Shown: positions 18,286 through 25,718, counted from the stretch's first letter. The stretch: DNA of 64,000 nt from Patescibacteria group bacterium AH-259-L05 (GCA_027717985.1 JALLOO010000001.1:16534-80533); one strand, 5' to 3'. Numbers and translations: made by a program. Notes: a model not told the origin generated them from the sequence alone.

Positions 18286-20075
18286 AATCCGAAACCAAAA
18301 TTTGCCAAAATTGTAAACAACAATTTATAATCGAACCCGAGGATTTTGATTTTTATAAAAAAATCAGGATGCCGCCGCCTACGTTTTGTCCTGATTGTCG
18401 GCGCCAGCGCCGTTCAGCATGGAGAAACGAGCGCAGTTTGTATAAGCGAAAATGTAATGCCCCGGGTCATAATGAAGAGATTATTTCAGTGTTTTCACAA
18501 AATAAACCATTGATTGTATATGATGATCGATACTGGTGGAGCGATAAATGGGATCCAATGGATTATGGCAGGCCATACGATTTTGAAAAGCCATTTTTTA
18601 TTCAGTACCGCGAATTGCTTGAGCGTGTTCCTCTTATCGCGCTTTCAGTAACCAATATGGTGAATTGTAGTTACTGCAATGTTTCAGCTGATGACAAGGA
18701 TTGCTATTTAATTTCAGCGTCCGACGGGAATGAGCTGGTCATGTTTTCAAATCGAACGGTATTCAATAAAGATTCAATGGATATTTATATTGGCAATCAC
18801 AGCGAGCTTTGCTATGAGATTGTAAACTGCAGTCAATGCTTCAAGCTTTTCTATGGCTTTAACTGTACGCAGTGCGTGAACTCTGCGTTTCTCTATAATT
18901 GTACCAATTGCAGTAATTGTTTTGGGTGTACTAATTTGCGCAACAAATCCTATTACATTTTTAACCAGCCGTACACGAAAGAGGAGTACGAGCAAAAGAT
19001 TAAAGAGTTTGACCTCGGAAGTTTTTCAACAATACGTCAACTGCAAGAGAGGCATAAATCCATTATGTTGGAGAGCATTCACCGTTTCGCTCACATCCTT
19101 AAATCGGTTAATGTGACTGGTGATAACGTTCAGTATGCAAAAAACTGTAAATTTTGTTTTGATGTGATTGGCAAACCATCGGCAGAGGACTGCAAGTTTC
19201 TTGTGTGGGCGGGGTACAACCTAAAAGATGCTTACGATTGCGGACCAGGAATTGCCTTGAATGTTGAACAAACATATGATTCTTTTGATACGGGTATGTC
19301 TGGTAGTAGATTGTATTTTACAAGCGTTGTCTACGGTTCCCACGATGTTTATTACAGCATCAATTGCCACGGGTCAAATAGTTTATTTGGATGTTATGGG
19401 CTTCGCAATAAGCAATACTGCATATTAAACAAGCAATATAGCAAGCAGGAATATCAAAAATTAATACTTTCAATCACCAAACATATGAATGACATGCCCT
19501 ACAAGGATAAAAAAGAAAGGGTATACAAATACGGTGAGTTTTTCCCTGTAGAATTATCCCCGTTTGCATACAATGAAACCATAGCTCAGGAATACTTCTC
19601 TTTAACAAAACAACAGGCAATAGAGCAAGACTATGCATGGAAGGATCCAGAAACAAGAGATTATGAAATTACCATAAAGTCAGAAGATTTGCCTGACCAT
19701 ATTAAAGATGTCAACGATGACATTTTAAAGTCTGTCATTGGATGCGAACATAAACGTAAATGCACTGAACAATGCACCACTGCATTTAAAATTATTCCTG
19801 ATGAGTTACAATTTTACCAAAAAATGAACCTGCCCGTGCCCAGATTATGCCCGAATTGTAGGCATTACCAACGTTTAAAACAACGTAATCCTTTAAAACT
19901 TTGGCATCGAAAATGCCAATGTGCAGGAGAAAAATCAGACAACGGGGTATACAAGAATACTATTAAGCATTTCCATAAAAACAACCACTGCCCTAATGAA
20001 TTTGAAACCACGTACGCACCAAACCGTCCTGAGATCATCTATTGCGAGAAGTGTTATCAGATTGAAGTTGTGTAA
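18282..20075 (+). CDS. Cys-rich zinc-ribbon array protein, copy 12 (597 aa, last copy)
   Basis: ATGA overlap with copy 11. MKSETKICQNCKQQFIIEPEDFDFYKKIRMPPPTFCPDCR ... IIYCEKCYQIEVV. I count 34 Cys by hand. Confidence 0.9.
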   Translation: MKSETKICQNCKQQFIIEPEDFDFYKKIRMPPPTFCPDCRRQRRSAWRNERSLYKRKCNAPGHNEEIISVFSQNKPLIVYDDRYWWSDKWDPMDYGRPYDFEKPFFIQYRELLERVPLIALSVTNMVNCSYCNVSADDKDCYLISASDGNELVMFSNRTVFNKDSMDIYIGNHSELCYEIVNCSQCFKLFYGFNCTQCVNSAFLYNCTNCSNCFGCTNLRNKSYYIFNQPYTKEEYEQKIKEFDLGSFSTIRQLQERHKSIMLESIHRFAHILKSVNVTGDNVQYAKNCKFCFDVIGKPSAEDCKFLVWAGYNLKDAYDCGPGIALNVEQTYDSFDTGMSGSRLYFTSVVYGSHDVYYSINCHGSNSLFGCYGLRNKQYCILNKQYSKQEYQKLILSITKHMNDMPYKDKKERVYKYGEFFPVELSPFAYNETIAQEYFSLTKQQAIEQDYAWKDPETRDYEITIKSEDLPDHIKDVNDDILKSVIGCEHKRKCTEQCTTAFKIIPDELQFYQKMNLPVPRLCPNCRHYQRLKQRNPLKLWHRKCQCAGEKSDNGVYKNTIKHFHKNNHCPNEFETTYAPNRPEIIYCEKCYQIEVV

Positions 20076-20078
20076 ACA

Positions 20079-20107
20079 TTGCAACAACAAAGAAAATATG
20101 CTATAAT
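20079..20107 (+). promoter_or_regulatory. Sigma70-like promoter (TTGCAA-17 nt-TGcTATAAT) in the 41-nt gap after the array
   Basis: ttgcaa at 20079-20084 and tataat at 20102-20107, preceded by tg. The ATG at 20117 lies 9 nt after the -10 box with no SD between them. Confidence 0.5.
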
Positions 20108-20116
20108 CATAATGAT

Positions 20117-21751
20117 ATGTTGAAAAAAGAAGAAGATACAAAATATGAAAAAGATATTGTTTATCTTGCCAAAACTGATTTCCGTAATCAGGAAAAACTT
20201 TTTGGTGTTAAGAGAAAAGACAGGCGTCAACATATGTATGTGGTCGGGAAGACGGGCACGGGAAAATCAGTATTTATTCATAATATAATTTTGCAAGATA
20301 TTATGAATGGCGAGGGAGTGTGTGTTGTTGACCCTCACGGCGAGCTTGTTGAGACCATTTTGACGAGCATTCCTAAAAAGAGAGAAAAAGACGTAATATA
20401 CTTTAATCCGGCTGATACAGATTATCATACTGGTTTTAATGTGTTAGAATTGCCTGATCCCAAGTATAAACATTTAGTGGCATCAGGACTGATGGGTATT
20501 TTTACGAAAATGTGGGCAAATGTGTGGTCAGCACGAATGGAATATATTCTTAATAATGCTATTTTGGCTCTCTTAGATACGCCGGGTACGAGCTTGTTAG
20601 GTATCCCACGGCTTTTAGTTGATAAAGAGTATCGGCAGAAAATTATTGCAAATTTAAAAGATCCTGTGGTAAGAGCATTTTGGGTAAATGAGTATGAAGA
20701 ATGGCAGGATAGGTTTCGAAACGAAGCAATTGCGCCGATTCAAAATAAAGTGGGGCAGTTTCTTTCCACCTCATTAGTGCGTAATGTGGTAGGACAAAGC
20801 AAGAGTACCATTGATTTATTTGATATGATGAATACAAAAAAAATATTTTTAATCAATGTGTCAAAAGGAAGAATTGGCGAGGATAATTCATCGCTCTTGG
20901 GCGCCATGTTGATTACTAAAATTCAGCTTGCTTCTATGGAGCGAGTGCGTATTCCAGAAGAAGAGCGCCAGGATTTTTACTTATATGTTGATGAGTTTCA
21001 AAATTTTGTTACTGATGCATTCGCAGGTATGCTTTCTGAAGCGCGCAAGTATCGCCTTAATTTAATTATTGTGCACCAATATATTGGACAGTTAGTCACG
21101 GATCAATCCACCAAGGTTCGTGATTCAGTGTTTGGCAATGTGGGGACTATGGTTACCTTTCGGGTAGGTGCGGCTGATGCAGAATTTTTAGAAAAAGAGT
21201 TTGAGCCAGAGTTTACGCCGCAAGATATTGTGAATTTGCCCAACTACCGTATTTATCTTAAGTTAATGGTTGATAATGTTACGTCTCGTCCCTTTTCTGC
21301 AAAAACAATACCGCCCTTTACGCTTCAAGGACAAAAACCGGTTGATGCGAAAAAACTTATTGAAACGTCACGCAAGTTATATGCGCGTCCCACTGCTGAA
21401 GTAGAACAAGAAATTAAAGAGTGGAGCAGTGGCAGTAGTATAAGTAGGGGAAGCGGCACACATGAAACAGTGTGTTCAGTGTGTAATAAGCAAACTAAAG
21501 TACCATTTAAACCACAACCTGGTCGACCTATTTATTGCAAGATTTGTTTAGATAAAGTAAAAAGCGGCGAGATCCGTCCGCCCACGGTTGAACTTGAAGC
21601 TGCGTATACGGAAAGAGGGGGCTCTTCATCTTTATCAGAGCTTGGTATTGAATTTGAGCCAGAGAAGAAAATCTCTTCACCACCACCTCGCCGTCAACAG
21701 CCGTCTTCATCGCCAAAAAGATCAGATAATAAAGGTAACAAGCGCTGGTAG
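20117..21751 (+). CDS. TraD/VirD4/TrwB-like (FtsK/HerA-superfamily) P-loop ATPase with a C-terminal CxxC-x17-CxxC zinc ribbon and a disordered tail
   Basis: Walker A is VVGKTGTGKS and Walker B-like is FYLYVDEFQNF. Overall similarity by eye to type IV coupling-protein / T4SS DNA-binding-domain ATPases. No N-terminal TM segment. CSVC-x17-CKIC lies at 21473-21547, followed by an S/P/K-rich tail. Confidence 0.7.
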   Translation: MLKKEEDTKYEKDIVYLAKTDFRNQEKLFGVKRKDRRQHMYVVGKTGTGKSVFIHNIILQDIMNGEGVCVVDPHGELVETILTSIPKKREKDVIYFNPADTDYHTGFNVLELPDPKYKHLVASGLMGIFTKMWANVWSARMEYILNNAILALLDTPGTSLLGIPRLLVDKEYRQKIIANLKDPVVRAFWVNEYEEWQDRFRNEAIAPIQNKVGQFLSTSLVRNVVGQSKSTIDLFDMMNTKKIFLINVSKGRIGEDNSSLLGAMLITKIQLASMERVRIPEEERQDFYLYVDEFQNFVTDAFAGMLSEARKYRLNLIIVHQYIGQLVTDQSTKVRDSVFGNVGTMVTFRVGAADAEFLEKEFEPEFTPQDIVNLPNYRIYLKLMVDNVTSRPFSAKTIPPFTLQGQKPVDAKKLIETSRKLYARPTAEVEQEIKEWSSGSSISRGSGTHETVCSVCNKQTKVPFKPQPGRPIYCKICLDKVKSGEIRPPTVELEAAYTERGGSSSLSELGIEFEPEKKISSPPPRRQQPSSSPKRSDNKGNKRW

Positions 21752-21762
21752 GTTTAATTTTT

Positions 21763-22428
21763 ATGGAGTTATATATTGTTGCCACCCCGATTGGCAATCT
21801 TAAAGATGTAAGTTTTCGTGCTATTGAAATATTAAAGGCAGTTGATTATATTTTGTGTGAAGATACGCGTCAAACTAAAAAATTACTTTCTCATTACCAT
21901 ATTACAACCCCAACCATAAGCTATCATCAACATTCAAAACTAAAAAAAGTTAACTACATTTTAGATTTACTTCGACAAGGTAAAAATTGTGCGCTGACCT
22001 CAGATGCAGGGACACCATCGATTTCTGACCCAGGAAACAAACTTATCAGCGTTGCACACAAAAAAATACATGGGCTCGAGATTATACCAATTCCCGGTCC
22101 TTCAGCATTGGTTGCGGCATTAAGTATTTCTGGTTTTCCCGCTGACCAATTTATATTCTATGGGTTTTTGCCAAGGAAAAAAGGGCGGCAAAAAATATTA
22201 GCGCGCATTATTAAAAGTGAAACAACAAGTGTTATATATGAATCTCCCTATCGGATTATAAAGACATTGCAGGAATTAAGAGTATTAGGGTTAGATAGAG
22301 GAATTGTTGTGTGTCGAGAATTAACTAAAAAATTTGAAACTATATATCGCGGAACCATTAGTGAAGTAATTGATCAGATTAATAAAGATACTATTAAAGG
22401 GGAATTTGTAATTGTTATTGCACCATAA
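21763..22428 (+). CDS. rsmI: 16S rRNA (cytidine1402-2'-O)-methyltransferase
   Basis: LYIVATPIGNLKDVSFRAIEILKAVDYILCEDTRQTKKLL and SDAGTPSISDPG are typical of the RsmI/tetrapyrrole-methylase fold. Length is 221 aa. Confidence 0.8.
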   Translation: MELYIVATPIGNLKDVSFRAIEILKAVDYILCEDTRQTKKLLSHYHITTPTISYHQHSKLKKVNYILDLLRQGKNCALTSDAGTPSISDPGNKLISVAHKKIHGLEIIPIPGPSALVAALSISGFPADQFIFYGFLPRKKGRQKILARIIKSETTSVIYESPYRIIKTLQELRVLGLDRGIVVCRELTKKFETIYRGTISEVIDQINKDTIKGEFVIVIAP

Positions 22429-22440
22429 ACATAAAAACAT

Positions 22441-23940
22441 ATGTCCAAATTTTATATCACTACCCCTATCTATTATGTAAATGATAAGCCGCACATTGGC
22501 GGCGCCTATACAACGATTGCAGCTGATGTGTTGAGTCGATGGCATCGTATGAGAGGAGATGACACATTCTTTTTAACCGGCGTGGATGAACATGGGCAGA
22601 AGATAGCACAGGCGGCGCGAGAGCAAAACATGACGCCACAACAATTGTGCGATCAAAATGCAGCAAAATTTCAGCAAGTATTTGACACGTTGAAGATTTC
22701 ATACGATCGATTTATCAGAACAACAGAGAAACCTCATGAAAAAATGGTATCTCATGTTTTAAATACCATTCAAAATAAAAACTTAATATATTCAGGCACG
22801 TATTCTGGCTTGTATTGTGTCGGATGTGAGCGCTACTATACCTCAAAAGAGTTAACAGATGGTAAATGTCCACTTCATCATAAAAAGCCGATTACGTTAT
22901 CTGAGAATTGTTACTTTTTTAAACTATCTGCGTTTCAGAAACCATTACTTCGGTTAATTGATACCAATGAGTGGGTGATTGAGCCAGAGGAGAGAAAAAA
23001 TGAAGTCATGGGGTTTCTTAAATCTGAAACATTAGAAGATTTAGCTATTTCTCGGGAAAAAGTAGAGTGGGGCATTCCCATTCCATGGGAGCGATCGCAA
23101 AGTATTTATGTGTGGATTGATGCATTATTTAATTATTTATCAGGAATTGACTGGGATGGCAAAAACAAAAAAATGCCAGATTACTGGCCGCCGGATGTTC
23201 AGTTAATTGGGAAAGATATTTTGCGGTTTCATGCAATTATTTGGCCTGCATTTTTATTGTCGTTAGACATACCATTGCCAAAATTATTATATGCACATGG
23301 GTTTTTTACGGTCGGTGGACAGAAAATGAGTAAATCATTAGGAAATGTATTAGATCCTGAAGAACTTGCCACTACGTTTGGTCCTGATGCGCTTCGTTGG
23401 CTTTTACTTTCTGAATTTCCGTTTGGACAAGATGGAGATATTTCGTTGTCAAAGTTTTATGATAAGTATAATGCTGACCTGAGTCATGGGGTAGGGAATT
23501 TAGTGAGACGCACCATCGCGCTTGCGCTTAAATATAAAGGCGCGATTGAGCCGCCAAAAGCAATCGATGTTGATTTTAAACAAATGATTGAGAAAGCATG
23601 GAAAATATATGAGGGCGCACTTGATGATCTTAAATTTGAAACTGCGATAGGCGCGATTAATGATATAGTGACGTTTTGTGATAAATATATTGATTCATCC
23701 GAGCCATGGAGGTTATCTTCTGATGATAAACAATATCAAACGATTGTATATAATTTGTTAGAGGTTCTTCGTCACCTATCGTGGTTAATATATCCGTTTA
23801 TGCCTAAGAAAAGCAATGTATTGTTTCAGTTATTAGGGCTGAAAACAGAAACAAAAAAATCATTATCTCTAGGGAAACAATGGGGAAAAGTTGAGTTTAA
23901 TAATATTAGTCAAGGTGATATATTATTCCCACAATTATAA
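22441..23940 (+). CDS. metG: Methionine--tRNA ligase (short form, no C-terminal tRNA-binding domain)
   Basis: Class I signatures PHIGGAYTTIAADVLSRWHRMRG (HIGH-type) and KMSKSLGN, plus a CxxC...CPLH knuckle. Confidence 0.9.
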   Translation: MSKFYITTPIYYVNDKPHIGGAYTTIAADVLSRWHRMRGDDTFFLTGVDEHGQKIAQAAREQNMTPQQLCDQNAAKFQQVFDTLKISYDRFIRTTEKPHEKMVSHVLNTIQNKNLIYSGTYSGLYCVGCERYYTSKELTDGKCPLHHKKPITLSENCYFFKLSAFQKPLLRLIDTNEWVIEPEERKNEVMGFLKSETLEDLAISREKVEWGIPIPWERSQSIYVWIDALFNYLSGIDWDGKNKKMPDYWPPDVQLIGKDILRFHAIIWPAFLLSLDIPLPKLLYAHGFFTVGGQKMSKSLGNVLDPEELATTFGPDALRWLLLSEFPFGQDGDISLSKFYDKYNADLSHGVGNLVRRTIALALKYKGAIEPPKAIDVDFKQMIEKAWKIYEGALDDLKFETAIGAINDIVTFCDKYIDSSEPWRLSSDDKQYQTIVYNLLEVLRHLSWLIYPFMPKKSNVLFQLLGLKTETKKSLSLGKQWGKVEFNNISQGDILFPQL

Positions 23941-23967
23941 TAAAAAATAGTTAATTTTAAATCTTTT

Positions 23968-24468
23968 ATGACATTTTTTGATCTTATTCTACTCCTTATC
24001 CTGTTTGGCTTTATTTGGTTTGGGTTTTGGAATGGTTTGGTTCGTACGATTGGCGGAATTATTAGCGTGGTTATTTCAGTGTTTGTGGCAAGTCGATGGT
24101 ATGAAGATTTAGCAGTAAAATTATTGCCGATTTTAGGTGATAATTTTAATCTGTCACGCATTTTAGCGTTTATTGCGGTGATGGTAATTGCGCATTTTAT
24201 ACTGTCGATCATCATCCGCATTATTGATAAGTTTTTTAAACTCCCGTTTTTAAATATTTTAAACCGATTAGCTGGCGGATTTTTTGGTCTTATTGAAGGG
24301 GCGTTAGTGATTGGTTTAGTGTTATATTTTTCAACCAAGTTTCCCTTAGGATCTGGCTGGCTAGAAGCACTTGATAGTTCGCGCTTTGCCTCTCCCTTAA
24401 TCGGTTTTGGCAAAGTATTACTCCCGCTTCTCCCCGAAGCACTTAAGCAAATTAAATCCTTGTTATAA
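23968..24468 (+). CDS. CvpA-family membrane protein
   Basis: 166 aa with about 4 TM segments. The N-terminus FFDLILLLILFGFIWFGFWNGLVRTIGGIIS resembles colicin V production protein family members. Confidence 0.6.
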   Translation: MTFFDLILLLILFGFIWFGFWNGLVRTIGGIISVVISVFVASRWYEDLAVKLLPILGDNFNLSRILAFIAVMVIAHFILSIIIRIIDKFFKLPFLNILNRLAGGFFGLIEGALVIGLVLYFSTKFPLGSGWLEALDSSRFASPLIGFGKVLLPLLPEALKQIKSLL

Positions 24469-24505
24469 GAACCTGCCCGCTCCGCTCGCAGAACCTTTAA
24501 AAAGT
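24468..24505. repeat. Family-B short dispersed repeat (AGAACC-cgctNcgct-AGAACC), copy 1
   Basis: aagaacctgcccgctccgctcgcagaacctttaaaaag begins at the cvpA-like stop codon. Related copies lie at 55903-55949 and 56729-56785. Confidence 0.7.
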
Positions 24506-24548
24506 ATAATATTTTATTGCTAAACTTTAGAACTGTGGAAAAACGTAT

Positions 24549-24576
24549 TTGACAAAAATATTATGTATGTTATATT
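24549..24576 (+). promoter_or_regulatory. Sigma70-like promoter (TTGACA-16 nt-TATATT)
   Basis: ttgaca at 24549-24554 and tatatt at 24571-24576. A strong SD (aaaggagga) precedes ATG 24619. Confidence 0.5.
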
Positions 24577-24618
24577 TATTTACGGTACGTAATATTTTTC
24601 AAAAGAAAAGGAGGAGTT

Positions 24619-24891
24619 ATGGATTTTTCACAAATTCTTGCGCTCGATGGCCTCATTATTATTTTGACAGGAGTATTAATAGCACGGAGAGGATGGATTA
24701 AAGAAAGTCGTAGAGGAACAGCATATGGAGTTGCCGTGATGGCAGGTGGAATATTATTTTCAGTGGTGTCATCGGCAATGCAGAGGATGTGGTTAGGATC
24801 TATTTTGGAAGTCCTTTTATTTCTTTGGGCAGTATGGGTAGTAATAAAGATATCCGAAGTTAAAGATCTAAAGAAGCTGCACGCTGGTTAA
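24619..24891 (+). CDS. Small membrane protein (90 aa, about 3 TM), function unknown
   Basis: AGGAGG SD upstream, hydrophobic segments, and an intrinsic terminator directly downstream. Confidence 0.6.
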   Translation: MDFSQILALDGLIIILTGVLIARRGWIKESRRGTAYGVAVMAGGILFSVVSSAMQRMWLGSILEVLLFLWAVWVVIKISEVKDLKKLHAG

Positions 24892-24912
24892 GTCGTGCAG
24901 TTTTTCTTTTTA
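24877..24912 (+). terminator. Rho-independent terminator
   Basis: Stem ctgcacg / cgtgcag (24877-24883 and 24894-24900) followed by a T-run. Confidence 0.6.
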
Positions 24913-24952
24913 AACTTGACAAGAGCGAGAAAATATAAAAGCAACTCACTTA

Positions 24953-25718
24953 TTAGTGGTTGCTTTTTTGAGTTTTTATAGGCCAGTATTCTTTAAGAAT
25001 TTCTCGTAACGGGACGGTCATAAACCTTCCGATGGGCGTGGTTCCCCACAAGACAGCTCTTACCACCCCTTGGCTATCAATCAAAGCACTACCGCTTAAT
25101 CCACCACTTTCGTAGTTAAAATATTTCATATCATCAGACGCAGCTACTAAATGTTTTGCATAAAATACATCTTCATATTTCAGGGTAGGGTTTTCTTTTT
25201 TTAGTTCTGTCCATTTTTCGATTTCCTTTATTACCTCGGCTAAAGAAATTCTTTGTGTTGGCGCATCAACAAGCTCTACCGTTAGTGAAATTTCGCGTTG
25301 ACATATGTAATATGTCTTTCCTTTTCGTCTTATCTTTTTATCCAAACAATAGCCATTTTGCGCAGAGTCAAACTGAAATCCTACAATTGTAACAGAGTCT
25401 CCAACAGAAAGAAGAGTTGCAGAAAGTGGCGCTTCGGTAAGTGACTCTCTGAAGCGCATCACATCAAGATAGTCAAGCTGTAGAAGGCCAATGTCCGCTG
25501 GTTTGGTGCTTCCACAAGCTCGTAGCAGTACATTCATGTTCGCCCATGAGAATTTTACATATGGAGTTATCCTTTTCTGCAAGCTCGACAGCATGGCGTG
25601 CCGTCGCTATTATGCCGCTTTGTTTGTTAAAAGTAAAGCCGCTGCCGTGATGGAGTAGTCCACCATCTTCCTCAATAGTAATGGCAACAGAAAACGGATA
25701 CGGATTTGTTACTATCAC
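24953..25718 (-). pseudogene. Trypsin-like (S1-family) serine peptidase interrupted by a frameshift
   Basis: The upstream ORF (25718-25473, GTG start after a GAGGAGG SD) carries GSGFTF...IIATARHAV (His). The downstream ORF (25594-24953) carries ADIGLLQL (Asp) and GGLSGSAL (Ser). The frames switch near the T4/A4 run at about 25573-25580. Confidence 0.55.

Noticed and set aside
113-20141. Dozens of 60-115 aa ORFs on the minus strand or in other plus-strand frames inside the array genes (e.g. 113-340, 159-503, 3419-3619, 9923-10213, 16838-17125, 19935-20141).
   Set aside because: All lie fully inside long ORFs that are conserved across paralogs. They have no SD or promoter context and show low-complexity, AT-driven composition. 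They are treated as chance ORFs.
1-21751. The array plus ATPase interpreted as a conjugative element, prophage, polymorphic-toxin locus, or diversity-generating (DGR) or phase-variable system.
   Set aside because: No integrase, relaxase, pilin, VirB4, capsid or terminase genes are present, and no reverse transcriptase or template repeat. There are no signal peptides, toxin or immunity motifs, or invertible or slippery promoter elements. The copies are translationally coupled, which argues against one-at-a-time expression.
24953-25718. Programmed ribosomal frameshifting in the split protease.
   Set aside because: No slippery heptamer plus downstream structure is evident. A 1-nt indel in a short homopolymer is the simpler explanation.
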